Assembly: GCA_964443295.1 (NCBI GenBank) | Contig: CAYUCH010000001.1 | Location: forward strand, 57,456 to 121,455 | DNA: 64,000 bases | From: an uncultured Desulfobulbia bacterium | Lineage (GTDB): Bacteria > Desulfobacterota > Desulfobulbia > Desulfobulbales > CG2-30-60-27 | Reading direction: 5' to 3' | Position numbers and translations under genes: made by a program | Notes under the pieces: model-generated | Databases searched by the model: none | What the model was told of the DNA's origin: nothing | What the model saw: the letters and a program-made list of their open reading frames with translations, nothing else | In this document: positions 1-10,709 of the stretch, piece after piece | Layout: each line of letters starts with the position of its first letter | Numbering within the stretch: the first letter of the stretch is position 1

Positions 1-127
1 CATTTGTTAAATGATTAAAATATCCACCAAATGTAACAGATATGTCCTATTTCCGGTAAAAAAAACACCGAAAAAAATCCAAAATGTGGCTTGATAGGAG
101 AAATATTTCTCCAAAGCAAGAAAAAAA

Positions 128-205
<78 letters not shown>

Positions 206-209
206 GCGA

Positions 210-285
210 TGGTGGGTCGTGCGCGGCTCGAACGCGCGACTCTCTGCTTAAAAGGCAGATACTCTACCAGCTGAGTTAACGACCC
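210..285 (-). tRNA. tRNA-Lys (anticodon UUU), CCA encoded
   Basis: In the reverse complement the acceptor stem is GGGTCGT/ACGACCC, the anticodon stem-loop is TCTGC-CTTTTAA-GCAGA, and the T-arm is GCGCGTTCGAGCCGCGC. Confidence 0.9.
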
Positions 286-581
286 ACGAGCTTAAGCCGA
301 TCTTTTTACAGTAGAGGCTCTCTCATGTCAAGAGAGACATGATACTTTTTTAAGTTTTTTTCATTCCCATTTCAAATTATTAATCTCTGATTATGCATCT
401 CGATTTCATCCAGCAACTATTAATGATGCGTGTATGGCTTGTATTTGGATGCAAAATCCCTTGTGACTGGTCTTCAGGTCTGGTATATCCAACCTACCGT
501 CACGGTGAGAACACACTTAAACAATAAAATAACCTGCTGATTTTACATACTATTATACATCCCATACTCAAAGGACACATC

Positions 582-1187
582 ATGGGCCTTTTAGCCAGCT
601 CCAGTCATTTTATCCGCTATTCAGTTGAAGGTGATCCACCGGCTGACTTCTGGAATGTTGCCGCCGATTGTATTGCCTCCCATTCTTTTCGTGATATTGA
701 CGATACCTATGAAGAATTATCCATCGGCTGGGTGGCGGTGGATAATATGTTTGATGCAGAGTTTGCCGGCGCTTCATTTGCAGTTGGTGACTATCTCGTC
801 CTGGGTTTGAGAGTTGATGAACGGAAAGTCGCCCCTGCAATGTTGAAAAAATTCTGCATGAAGGAAGAGGAGCGCATTAAAAAAGAACGACAGCTCCCCC
901 GACTTTCCAGGGGACAGAAGACCGAGTTAAAAGAAAATGTTCGCCTGGCGCTGATGAAAAAGACATTACCAGTTGCCAAAGTATATGATCTTGCCTGGAA
1001 TCTGGCCGAAGGCTCTCTTTTGTTTTTCTCCACCAATGATAAGGCCCAGGAGATATTAGAGAATTTTTTCAAAGAAACATTCGGCCTCACACTTATCCGC
1101 CAAATACCCTTTAATATTGCCGGGAAATTATTGGACGATGCAAGAGACGATAGCCTTGCCGCCCTGCAACCCGACATTTTCATCTAA
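582..1187 (+). CDS. RdgC-like recombination-associated protein (short form)
   Basis: 201-aa ORF. Its pattern (IGWV..., RVDERKVP, KKE-rich central helix, LKENV..L) resembles the RdgC family from memory. No alignment was run. Confidence 0.4.
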   Translation: MGLLASSSHFIRYSVEGDPPADFWNVAADCIASHSFRDIDDTYEELSIGWVAVDNMFDAEFAGASFAVGDYLVLGLRVDERKVAPAMLKKFCMKEEERIKKERQLPRLSRGQKTELKENVRLALMKKTLPVAKVYDLAWNLAEGSLLFFSTNDKAQEILENFFKETFGLTLIRQIPFNIAGKLLDDARDDSLAALQPDIFI

Positions 1188-1198
1188 GAGGAAATTCC

Positions 1199-1726
1199 AT
1201 GGATCTCGTCGATCTCATGACTGAAAAAAGATTTTTAGGGCAAGAATTTCTCACCTGGCTCTGGTTTAAAAGTGAAGAAAGAGGGGGAACTGTTGCCCTG
1301 ACCAATGACGACATCGTCTTGGTTTTTGAACAACACATCCTGCTTGAGTCTGGCGAGGGAGAATCCCACGAACGTGTGGTGTGCCAAGGCAAACAATCTG
1401 AACTGCAGGAAGCCCGGACAGCCCTCGCCATGGGAAAGAAACTCGAACAAGCTCGCATGCGTATGGCCAAGGGTGATTATGAGTGGCGCATCTCAATGTC
1501 CGGCAGCCTCTTGGAATATCGAAATGTCCGGCCCCCCAAAACCATGACCGCTGCCGAAGATAAAGACGAAGCGGCAAGAGAAGGACGTATTCTTGATCGT
1601 ATTGGTCTCTTGGAAGAGGCAATACGTACCATGGACGAACTTTTTCAGCTCTTCTTACAAACAAGACTAAGCACCGGCTGGGAGGAAGAGAGAAATCGTA
1701 TACGTGCCTGGATTGGCAATGCATAA
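1199..1726 (+). CDS. hypothetical protein, apparently co-transcribed with the RdgC-like gene
   Basis: 175-aa ORF starting 11 nt after the upstream stop. I recognise no family. Confidence 0.4.
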   Translation: MDLVDLMTEKRFLGQEFLTWLWFKSEERGGTVALTNDDIVLVFEQHILLESGEGESHERVVCQGKQSELQEARTALAMGKKLEQARMRMAKGDYEWRISMSGSLLEYRNVRPPKTMTAAEDKDEAAREGRILDRIGLLEEAIRTMDELFQLFLQTRLSTGWEEERNRIRAWIGNA

Positions 1727-1833
1727 TTTCATCTTCAAATGCAGTTAATACTGGGAAAAACACACATTCTTTAGCATAATGAGCGGTTATTAAAGGGCAG
1801 AAAACAAAACCACTATAATCACGAGAGACGTTC

Positions 1834-3264
1834 ATGGAATTTGAAACAGTTATTGGGTTGGAAATTCACGCCCAGATGAAAACCAAGAGTAAAATTTTTT
1901 GCGGTTGTACTACTCAATTTGGCAATCCACCTAATGCAAACACCTGCCCCGTTTGCCTAGGCATGCCTGGCGTGCTCCCTGTTCTCAATAAAATGGTGGT
2001 GGAATTTGGCATTAAATTAGCCCTGGCCACAAATTGCGAACTTAATAAAACCAATATTTTTGCCCGAAAAAATTATTTTTATCCTGATCTACCGAAAGGA
2101 TACCAGACGTCCCAATTTGATCTCCCCCTCGCAGAGCATGGTTGGGTGGAAGTCGAAGTTGAGGGGGAAACCAGGCGCATTGGTCTCACCCGAATACACA
2201 TGGAGGAAGACGCTGGCAAACTTGTCCATGACGAGCAGGAGCCAAAAAGTTACGTAGACTTGAACCGTACCGGCACCCCTCTCTTGGAAATAGTCAGTGA
2301 ACCAGACATCCGCTCGCCAGAAGAAGCTGCCGCTTATCTTAAAAAATTACATGCTATCGTGAGATATTTAGATATCTGTGACGGTAATATGCAGGAAGGC
2401 AGCTTTCGCTGCGATGCCAACATCTCATTACGCCCTAAAGGCCAGGAAGAATTCGGGACCCGGACCGAACTCAAAAACATGAACTCCTTCCGGAACGTCC
2501 AACGGGCACTGGAATTTGAGGAGCGACGGCAGCGGGACATTCTCCTTGATGGCGGAAAGATTGTTCAGGAAACCTTACTTTGGGATGCCGACCAAAATGT
2601 CACTAATTCCATGCGGGGCAAAGAAGAAGCCCATGATTACCGCTACTTCCCTTGTCCGGATCTCATTCCTGTTGTTATTGATGATGAATGGGTAAAGGCC
2701 ACTAAAGATACCATGCCGGAGTTACCTGCTCAGCGCAAAATCCGTTTCATGGAAGAGCTGGAATTGCCGGCCTATGATGCCGAAATTCTCACAGATAGTC
2801 GAGATCTGGCAGATTATTTCGAGATAGCCCTCAAAGAATTCCCACAGGCCAAAAAACTCTCCAACTGGGTAATGACAGAGCTCATTCGAGAACTGAGAGA
2901 CCGTGAATTGGAAATTGACGCATGCCCTGTGACACCGATCCATCTCGCAAGCCTGCTCACTATGATCGACAAGGGGACCATCAGCGGTAAAATCGCCAAG
3001 ACTGTATTCTTGGAAATGCTGGATACCGGCAAAGATCCGGAGACCGTGGTCAAAGAAAAAAACCTGGTCCAGATGAGCGACGAGGGAGATCTATTACAGA
3101 TTGTCCAAGAAATCATTGCCGCCAATCCAGGCCAGGCAGAGGAATTTCGTAACGGTAAAACCAAACTTATGGGCTTTTTCGTCGGCCAGTTGATGCAAAA
3201 AACCAAGGGACGGGCAAATCCCAAAATGGCCAATCAGCTCTTTGCCAAAGAACTCAACAAATAG
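1834..3264 (+). CDS. gatB: Asp-tRNA(Asn)/Glu-tRNA(Gln) amidotransferase subunit B
   Basis: 476 aa with typical GatB motifs: [35 protein letters not shown], and a C-terminal GatB/YqeY tail. Confidence 0.95.
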   Translation: MEFETVIGLEIHAQMKTKSKIFCGCTTQFGNPPNANTCPVCLGMPGVLPVLNKMVVEFGIKLALATNCELNKTNIFARKNYFYPDLPKGYQTSQFDLPLAEHGWVEVEVEGETRRIGLTRIHMEEDAGKLVHDEQEPKSYVDLNRTGTPLLEIVSEPDIRSPEEAAAYLKKLHAIVRYLDICDGNMQEGSFRCDANISLRPKGQEEFGTRTELKNMNSFRNVQRALEFEERRQRDILLDGGKIVQETLLWDADQNVTNSMRGKEEAHDYRYFPCPDLIPVVIDDEWVKATKDTMPELPAQRKIRFMEELELPAYDAEILTDSRDLADYFEIALKEFPQAKKLSNWVMTELIRELRDRELEIDACPVTPIHLASLLTMIDKGTISGKIAKTVFLEMLDTGKDPETVVKEKNLVQMSDEGDLLQIVQEIIAANPGQAEEFRNGKTKLMGFFVGQLMQKTKGRANPKMANQLFAKELNK

Positions 3265-3304
3265 AATACATTTTCACAAAACCCCCTTTTATCGAGGTGG
3301 GGAA

Positions 3305-4030
3305 ATGAACAAACAGGACTGGCAAAAAAAAGGAACCGGCCATAGGCAGCGGTTGCGGGATAAATTCCTGGCCATGGGTCTAGAGGCCTTTTCCGATAGC
3401 GAAGTCCTCGAGCTTCTGCTGACCATGGGTACTCCGCGCAAAGATTGCAAGGATACAGCCCGGGAGGCCTTGGACCATTTCGGCTCACTGCCTGCGGTGC
3501 TTGAGGCATCACCGAATGAACTGCAAACCATACACGGCATTGGGCCCAATAATGTTTTTGCCCTGCATTTTCTCCATGGCGTCTCACGGCGTTATCTAAA
3601 AAACCGCCTGAAAGACAAGCAATACCTTCGTTCGTCAATGGAGGTGGCGGAATATCTCTCCCATAGTATGCGAGACCTAAACATCGAAGTACTTCAAGCC
3701 GTTTTCCTGGATACCGGCCATGGCATTATAGACACGGAGATACTGGCCGAAGGAACCCTGTCAAGCAACACAATCTATCCTCGGGAACTTGTCAAAACAG
3801 CCCTCTCTCACCATGCTGCAGCAGTAATTATTGCCCATAACCATCCCTCGGGCGCTATGGCCCCATCGGATGCAGATCTGGAAGTCACCAGATCTCTTTT
3901 TCTGGCCTGCCATTTTGTGGGCATCAAGCTCCTTGACCATTTCATCGTTGGCAAGGGAGACCTCCCCTTTAGTTTTGCCGACAACGGCATCATGGCAGCC
4001 ATCCATGACCAATGCAGTGATCTATTGTGA
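3305..4030 (+). CDS. radC: RadC-family JAB/MPN domain protein (UPF0758)
   Basis: Carries GHRQRLRDKF, a helix-hairpin-helix region, and the JAB motif HNHPSG...PSxxD. I chose the ATG at 3305 rather than the track start at 3242, which overlaps gatB. Confidence 0.85.
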   Translation: MNKQDWQKKGTGHRQRLRDKFLAMGLEAFSDSEVLELLLTMGTPRKDCKDTAREALDHFGSLPAVLEASPNELQTIHGIGPNNVFALHFLHGVSRRYLKNRLKDKQYLRSSMEVAEYLSHSMRDLNIEVLQAVFLDTGHGIIDTEILAEGTLSSNTIYPRELVKTALSHHAAAVIIAHNHPSGAMAPSDADLEVTRSLFLACHFVGIKLLDHFIVGKGDLPFSFADNGIMAAIHDQCSDLL

Positions 4031-5190
4031 TCCAAAATTCTTTGCAAAAAGATAACCAGGCAGGGGTGTATATCCATATCCCCTTCTGCAAAACTAAATG
4101 CCCTTATTGCTCCTTTTCTTCTGCGCCTCTTATTGGTCAAGCGCCGATTACATATTTGGATGCGGTTATCAACCAGGCGCAATTAATGGCCAGCCACCCC
4201 TGGACAAAAACCATTCAATTCTCCAGCCTCTTTATCGGTGGCGGCACTCCCACTATCTACCGGGGTGGAGAACTTGAAAAACTCATTGACTCCTGCCGCT
4301 CTCTTTTTCCCTTTACAATGAATCCTGAAATCACCGTTGAGACCAATCCCAACACCGTATCCAGGGAATCCCTCACTGCTCTACATCGGGCCGGCGTCAA
4401 CCGCCTGAGCATTGGCGTGCAGTCTTTTTCGGATAATCTGCTCAAGACAATCGGACGATCCCACACTAGCTCCCAGGCAAGAGAGAGCGTACAACTGGCT
4501 CAGGAAATCGGTTTTGAAACAGTGAATATCGATCTTATTTTTGGTCTACCTGGGCAAACAGTGAAAGAGTGGCAGGCGTCCCTCGACCAAGCCCTTGCTT
4601 TTGATCCAGGCCATATTTCGCTCTACGAGTTAATGATCGAGGAAGAGACACCCTTTGCACAAAACCATGACCAAGGCATACTGAATCTGCCCTCGGAAGA
4701 TGATGTGGTCCTGATGCTTGAAGCCATTCTGCAGCGAACTGAAAAGGCGGGATATCAGCGCTATGAAATTTCCAATTATGCCAAACCGGGCAAGGAATGC
4801 CGGCACAACATGAACTATTGGCAGAACGGCCAGTATCTGGGATTAGGAGCCTCGGCATTCTCATGCATCGAAGGAATGAGAATCAAAAATGTCGATGCTC
4901 CTGCGTTATTTATCACCCTTGTTAATCAACAAAAATCCCCCTTCGAGAGTATTGAATGCCTATCACTTGAGGCATCATTCCGGGAATCTGTGATCATGGG
5001 ACTACGGATGGTGGAAGGGATTTCCGTTTCTGACATGCAAGAACGTTACGGTATCTCGATGATGGATTATTACGGCTCTACTTTCAAGAATTTAGAAGAC
5101 AGCGGACTCCTGCAACAAAGTGAGAACAGAATTCGCCTCTCTGCCAAAGGCTTTCCCATTGCCAACCAAGTGTTGTCCCAGCTTGTGTAA
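4027..5190 (+). CDS. hemW: radical SAM heme chaperone HemW / oxygen-independent coproporphyrinogen oxidase-like protein
   Basis: Contains the radical SAM motif IHIPFCKTKCPYCSF (CxxxCxxC), GGGTP, and an HemN C-terminal-like domain. GTG start overlaps the radC stop. Confidence 0.85.
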   Translation: MIQNSLQKDNQAGVYIHIPFCKTKCPYCSFSSAPLIGQAPITYLDAVINQAQLMASHPWTKTIQFSSLFIGGGTPTIYRGGELEKLIDSCRSLFPFTMNPEITVETNPNTVSRESLTALHRAGVNRLSIGVQSFSDNLLKTIGRSHTSSQARESVQLAQEIGFETVNIDLIFGLPGQTVKEWQASLDQALAFDPGHISLYELMIEEETPFAQNHDQGILNLPSEDDVVLMLEAILQRTEKAGYQRYEISNYAKPGKECRHNMNYWQNGQYLGLGASAFSCIEGMRIKNVDAPALFITLVNQQKSPFESIECLSLEASFRESVIMGLRMVEGISVSDMQERYGISMMDYYGSTFKNLEDSGLLQQSENRIRLSAKGFPIANQVLSQLV

Positions 5191-5202
5191 GGCAATCTTG
5201 TT

Positions 5203-6705
5203 TTACCTGAGATGTATTTTTTTCTGCTGTTTCTGCTTATACATCAGTTTGTCCGCATCTGTGAGTAATTCCTCAATGGAGCAAGGTAGCAATTCAGGGC
5301 AGCGGACAATACCGCAACTCATATTTAACTCGAAATCAAAGTTATGTTTCTCCGCCCAGGCTTTGAAATTCATTTCAAGTCGTTCTAAAATTGATTTTTC
5401 ATTATCTTTACGTGTTTTATCGCTGAGCAGCACGACAAATTCATCACCGCCGATACGTCCCATGATATCAGACTCACGAAACGTATCCCGCAACACGTGG
5501 GCAACCTTCTCCAAAGCCTGATCTCCAGTCTTATGTCCCAGGGTATCATTGATATGTTTGAGGTTATCAACATCACCATAGAGCAGGAAAACACTCTCCC
5601 GCATTCGATCAGCAAGCTTCAAATGCTGTTGCGCCAGGGTCATAAATCCTCGCCGATTGTTAAGACCGGTTAAGTCATCGGTGATGGATATTTCATGTAA
5701 TCGCTGCTCCATATGTTTTCGTTCGGTAATATCGGTGGCGATTTCCAAACGCACCAACCTGCCGTCAATCCATTGAATTGCCCGGTCCCGAATGTCATAC
5801 CAATGATTATTTACGGTATTCTGGAACTCCCAAACATACGTACCCGTGGACCGTCCCTCGGAATCCAACAATTTATCATTGGTACAAAAACCACAAGGAC
5901 CTGACTGCCCCTCCTGAAAAGTTTCCCAGCATATCCTGCCCACAGCATCACCGAAAATATTTCTGGCAAATTTATTCAGGAACAGGATCTCATAGGTTTT
6001 CAGGTCCGTGACATACACTATGGCATCAAGACTATCGAGAACGGTAAGTAAAATTGAATGCGACTCCATGAGACGGTTCTCAATGTTTTTCCGCCTGGTG
6101 ATGTCTCGCACAATGTCACGTGAACCAACGACCTCTCCTGCTTCATCATAAATAGCAGAGGAACTCACCTCAATATCCAGCCAACGTCCATCTTTTGTTC
6201 TCTGTTTGCCGGTAAATTTTTCATAGCTGCCATAGCGTTGTAATCTTTTAAGCTCATCAAGCGACATCTCCCCCTGTTCAGCAGGAATAACGTCCATAAT
6301 CGACATTGAGAGGAATTCTTCCTTGCTGTATCCAAAAAGTGCCACCGCTTTCTTATTGACGTCGATATATTTAAAATGAGAATCAACAACAAAGATTGCA
6401 TCGTTGGCGTGTTCAAAAAGATCCTGATATTTTTCTTCGGAATAACGAAGCCTTTCTTCAGCACTTGACAGGCTAACAATATCTTTTGAAAACGGCTTGT
6501 ATATGAGTAAAAAGGCAACGGGGCAGAGGAAGAGAGCCAACAAAAAAGCTGCCCAGAATGATTGCTGGCCTTGGGGAACTTTTAAGAGCACCAGAAGCAT
6601 TATGATGCCGTATTCCACCACAACGCTATAGGCGATCAGAGCAACAAATACCTGCAGCGGACCTGTACGACGATCAACATTTCTCAAAAACCGCGGATAG
6701 TTCAA
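5203..6705 (-). CDS. membrane-anchored PAS-PAS-GGDEF diguanylate cyclase
   Basis: The N-terminus has two hydrophobic helices, followed by two PAS-like blocks. The C-terminal GGDEF domain carries RIGGDEFVVLL and DDLTGLNNRRGF. Confidence 0.85.
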   Translation of the reverse strand: MNYPRFLRNVDRRTGPLQVFVALIAYSVVVEYGIIMLLVLLKVPQGQQSFWAAFLLALFLCPVAFLLIYKPFSKDIVSLSSAEERLRYSEEKYQDLFEHANDAIFVVDSHFKYIDVNKKAVALFGYSKEEFLSMSIMDVIPAEQGEMSLDELKRLQRYGSYEKFTGKQRTKDGRWLDIEVSSSAIYDEAGEVVGSRDIVRDITRRKNIENRLMESHSILLTVLDSLDAIVYVTDLKTYEILFLNKFARNIFGDAVGRICWETFQEGQSGPCGFCTNDKLLDSEGRSTGTYVWEFQNTVNNHWYDIRDRAIQWIDGRLVRLEIATDITERKHMEQRLHEISITDDLTGLNNRRGFMTLAQQHLKLADRMRESVFLLYGDVDNLKHINDTLGHKTGDQALEKVAHVLRDTFRESDIMGRIGGDEFVVLLSDKTRKDNEKSILERLEMNFKAWAEKHNFDFELNMSCGIVRCPELLPCSIEELLTDADKLMYKQKQQKKIHLR

Positions 6706-6888
6706 TGGAAACTTACGCTCCTTCCTTTGAGCATCTGCCTACATGCCATTACCCTAAACACTCAACTGACCTCCCATTCATTCCTGTCGCATAGAACTGA
6801 TTGACTGGTAAAATTCAATACCGCCTGTTATATAATGTCACATCATCGCCCTCGGGAATAGCAGTTTTTAAAAAAAGGTTCGGAGAAC

Positions 6889-8247
6889 ATGCCAAAGCCT
6901 ACCAATATATACATTTGCTCCCAATGTGCTGCGGAGCTATCTAAATGGACAGGACAATGTCCTGACTGCGGGGAGTGGGACACCCTGGTGGAATCAGCCG
7001 CGCCACCTCCTGGCAGGCCCGGTGGCCTCGGCTCCACAAAAGGCTATGCCGGCTCTCCTTCCGAAGTTCGAAGCATGACCGATGTTTCCCTTGACCAGGC
7101 CCCCCGCCTAACAACCGGCAATCAAGAGCTGAATCGTGTTCTTGGCGGTGGATTGGTGCCGGGATCTGTTGTCTTAATTGGCGGTGATCCAGGGGTTGGT
7201 AAATCAACCTGCCTCCTGCAGGTGTGCTGTGAACTTGCTCAGAAAACATCAGTCCTCTATGTCACCGGTGAAGAATCCCTGCAACAGATCACCCTGCGCG
7301 CTAAACGATTGGAACTACCTGAGAGCCCGGTAAAACTTGTCACCGAAACCCAGGTTGAGAATATTATAGCCACTGCGGAACAAGAAAAAAGCAAGGTCCT
7401 GGTTATTGATTCCATCCAGACCATGCAAGTCGGCGAAATAAGTTCAGCGCCAGGCAGTGTTTCTCAAGTCCGAGAATCGGCGGCCATGTTGACACGATTT
7501 GCTAAGCAAACTGACACGGCAATCTTTTTAGTAGGCCACGTCACCAAGAGCGGTGATCTTGCCGGTCCCCGCGTCCTTGAACATATAATCGACGCGGTCT
7601 GCTATTTTGAAAATACGAATAGCCGTTTTCGGATATTGCGGGCTGTAAAAAACAGGTTCGGGGCAGCCAACGAAATCGGAGTTTTTGCCATGACCGAAGG
7701 TGGCTTAAAGGAGGTTTCAAATCCTTCTGCCATTTTTCTCACCAGAGCCGGAGATTCTCTACCCGGTAGTGTGGTGATGGTTCACTGGGAAGGAAGCCGG
7801 CCTATCCTCGTTGAAATACAGGCTCTCGTGGATTTAACCAGAGCAGAGATTCCTCGCAGAGTTGCCATCGGTCTTGAACAAAACCGCCTCGCCATGCTCT
7901 TGGCGGTTCTCAGCAGACATGCCGGTATCGCCACCCACGATCACGATGTCTTCGTCAATGTAGCCGGCGGTGTCAAGGTTATGGGTACCAGTGGCGATCT
8001 GGCCGTGGCCCTTGCCATAGTATCGAGCCTGAAGGACAAACCATTTCCGCGGGATTTAATAGCATTTGGCGAGATCGGCTTGGCCGGAGAAATCAGACCG
8101 GTTGCCAATGGCCAGGAACGGCTGGCAGAAGCGGCCAAGCATGGATTTAAAAAAGCCATAGTGCCGCAATCCAACAAAACAAACCAAAAAAACGACCTGA
8201 AAATTTCCGGAGTAGAGACTATCCGCCAGGCCTTGGAATTCCTATAA
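6889..8247 (+). CDS. radA: DNA repair protein RadA/Sms
   Basis: Has an N-terminal zinc ribbon (CSQCAAELSKWTGQCPDCGEW), a Walker A motif (GGDPGVGKST), the KNRFG motif, and a Lon-like C-terminus. Confidence 0.95.
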   Translation: MPKPTNIYICSQCAAELSKWTGQCPDCGEWDTLVESAAPPPGRPGGLGSTKGYAGSPSEVRSMTDVSLDQAPRLTTGNQELNRVLGGGLVPGSVVLIGGDPGVGKSTCLLQVCCELAQKTSVLYVTGEESLQQITLRAKRLELPESPVKLVTETQVENIIATAEQEKSKVLVIDSIQTMQVGEISSAPGSVSQVRESAAMLTRFAKQTDTAIFLVGHVTKSGDLAGPRVLEHIIDAVCYFENTNSRFRILRAVKNRFGAANEIGVFAMTEGGLKEVSNPSAIFLTRAGDSLPGSVVMVHWEGSRPILVEIQALVDLTRAEIPRRVAIGLEQNRLAMLLAVLSRHAGIATHDHDVFVNVAGGVKVMGTSGDLAVALAIVSSLKDKPFPRDLIAFGEIGLAGEIRPVANGQERLAEAAKHGFKKAIVPQSNKTNQKNDLKISGVETIRQALEFL

Positions 8248-8420
8248 AAAGCCCGTTTTTCTATCATTTTTTCTACCCAAACTTCCTGTGTTGTATATGA
8301 AACGAAGCGCTCGCACCCAAACATACCCTGCAAAAAATTTTCCTTCCCATCCCGCACTATATTAGAGTATAACTACAATTTCCTACTTTATCTGGGGCAA
8401 TAATACGTATAGATTTCACC

Positions 8421-10030
8421 ATGATACTTGGGCAAATCACCATAATATTAGTCCTTCTAGGCGCCTGTCTCTTGACCGGGGGACTGTTCCATACCAAGAA
8501 AATTGTATCTACCTTACCAGACTCCAGCGTCAGCTGGAGATCCATGTTTTTTCTTATTATTTTCTTTCTTACCGGCTATTTATTGTTTGCTGCAAATAAC
8601 TACGGCAAGGAAGCAAACATTGTTACCATTTTGGTCTCCCTTATTTTTTTCGGGGGGGGGGATTTTTCGTACACGTGGTAACCAACCTCTCTGCCCGCAC
8701 CATTGACCAAGTAAAACATGTGGGCTCCCTGGAAGCGGAAAATGCCGAAATTAAAGAAATGAAGCAACGTATTGAAACTATTCTCAATACAGCAGCGGAA
8801 GGTATTATCACTTTTGACAATAATGGCATTATCGAAGGCATGAACCATGCCGCGGAAAAACTCTTTGGATATTCAGAAAATGAAGCTATCGGCATGTCTA
8901 TCCAATCATTTATTCCTTTAAGCAGTTCTAATTTCTCAACTTCAAAGGTATTGACCAAGGAGACTATCTATTCTTATCTCAATGCCCTTCTCACCCATGA
9001 CAGCGATACGATTGGAAAAAATAAAAGTGGATTATCTTTTCCAATTTCCATAACAGTTGGCGCTACATTGCTTGATGGCACCCAAATATACACCGCAGTT
9101 ATTTCCGATATCTCCGGCAGAAAAAAAATTGAAGCAGCCCGACGAAATTCTTTAGCAGAGTTAAACCAGATCTTTAACTCCGCTGCCGGTGCCATGTGTG
9201 TCATCAGTACAGGTTTTAAAATTTTGCGGGCTAATGATACCTTTTGTAAATTGTTCGGTTTTAATAGCCAGGACCTCATCGGTAAAAAATGTCACGAAGT
9301 GCTCCCTGACCGGCCTTGCAGCTCGGGCGACTGTCCAATGGAACAAATTAAGAATGGCACGGATCGGGTTGAAATAGAGTGCACCAAGAAAAATTCACAG
9401 GGGAAATACATACCCTGCATTCTAACCTCCACCCCTCTCCTTAGTGCGGATGGTACTCTCCTCGGTATGATTGAAGATTACAAAGATATAACCGAACGAA
9501 AGGAGCTTGAGGCAAAACTCCATGAGATTTCTATAACCGATGATTTAACCGGCCTTTTCAACAGGCGAGGCTTCATGGCCATGGCTGAGAAACAGTTAGC
9601 CAAGGCTGGGCGGAGCCGCAAGCCGGCTTATCTTCTTTATGCCGATCTTGACAATATGAAATGGATAAATGACACTTTTGGCCACAAGGTCGGTGACCAA
9701 GCCCTTATAGAGGCAGCCGAGCTCTTGAAAAAAACATTTCGGCTGGCCGATGTCATAGGTCGACTTGGTGGCGATGAATTTGTTGTTCTTTTAAGTGACG
9801 ATAAACTTCCTGATCAAGGCCAGGCAATTATAAATCGTTTTGAAGATGCCATTAAAATTCGGAATGAAAACCAAAAAGAAAGGGAGTACAGCTTGCAGCT
9901 CTCCACCGGTATTTCCCATTTTGACCCTGAGATGCCTTGCAGCGTCGAAGATCTCTTAAACCGTGCCGATGCATGTATGTATGAAGTCAAACATAGCAAA
10001 AAAATGCAATCGCGACCTGTTTTCCAGTAA
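8421..10030 (+). pseudogene. membrane PAS-PAS-GGDEF diguanylate cyclase interrupted by a frameshift at a G10 tract
   Basis: The 86-aa hydrophobic N-terminal ORF (8421..8681) ends 18 nt after a G10 run. The sensor/GGDEF ORF (8675..10030, motif RLGGDEFVVLL) is in the other frame. One extra G would fuse them into a single ORF of about 537 aa. That fusion has the same architecture as the paralog at 5203..6705. Confidence 0.7.
8652..8661 (+). repeat. G10 homopolymer at the frameshift point
   Basis: Counted directly: c at 8651, followed by ten g at 8652..8661. Confidence 0.95.
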
Positions 10031-10534
10031 CCCCCTCTCTCTAGTATAATTTTTTATACCACCACAACATACTGATATCACACCATATTTTTCACTCGCC
10101 ATCCCTCCCGCCTCAAAAAATTCAAAAAATTGTACTCTACTTTTTCGTGCACACGACCAGCAGCCCCCATAACATACTGAATTTACAGTGTAAAAAAATA
10201 AAGCCAAAGAAAATCAGCGCTTGGCACGCATCTTGCTTTTCTAATGTGCAATTAAGAAGCTAAGAAGCAATTCTTACTCCTTTCTCCTCATGTGATGGTC
10301 GATCTCTATCTCCCCATGGATCGGCCATTACTGTTTCTACCTCCCCAATTTTCTCAATTACCCAACGTAATAATTTTTGAATTCTTCCTGATGAGAAAGT
10401 ATAAAAAATGCTATTTTCAATACGCAGCACGTAATTATCTAAAAGGCATCCTCCTCAACCTCAAGACCACGAAACAGGCAGATGCCCGAACATAACCTCT
10501 TGGATATTTTGCAGGCACTTCAAAACTTTTAACT

Positions 10535-10558
10535 TTGCACCATTGCACCATTGCACCA
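10535..10558 (+). repeat. 3 x 8-bp perfect tandem repeat TTGCACCA upstream of zwf
   Basis: The sequence ttgcaccattgcaccattgcacca is read directly. It lies about 150 nt upstream of the zwf start. Confidence 0.9.
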
Positions 10559-10709
10559 AAGCATCATTCTTAATACAATTACCTAACGGTCGTCACGGAT
10601 AGGCAACACTATCTGTAAACACAGCTCATTAATGAATTCGTATTTCCAAAAATTGCCATACCAATTAAGTATTTCAAAATTCTAATGCTTTCCAGAAGGA
10701 GATGAATAC

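Noticed and set aside
107-122. The 16-nt perfect palindrome GGAGAAATATTTCTCC downstream of the tRNA-Glu/Lys pair, as a terminator.
   Set aside because: On the minus strand it is not followed by a clear U-tract and the stem is A/T-rich. The evidence is too weak to call.
10535-10558. The reverse complement of the TTGCACCA repeats (TGGTGCAATGGTGCAA) as a sigma-54 promoter.
   Set aside because: The GG-to-GC spacing is one nt short of canonical. It would also fire away from zwf into the 3' end of a convergent-free region.
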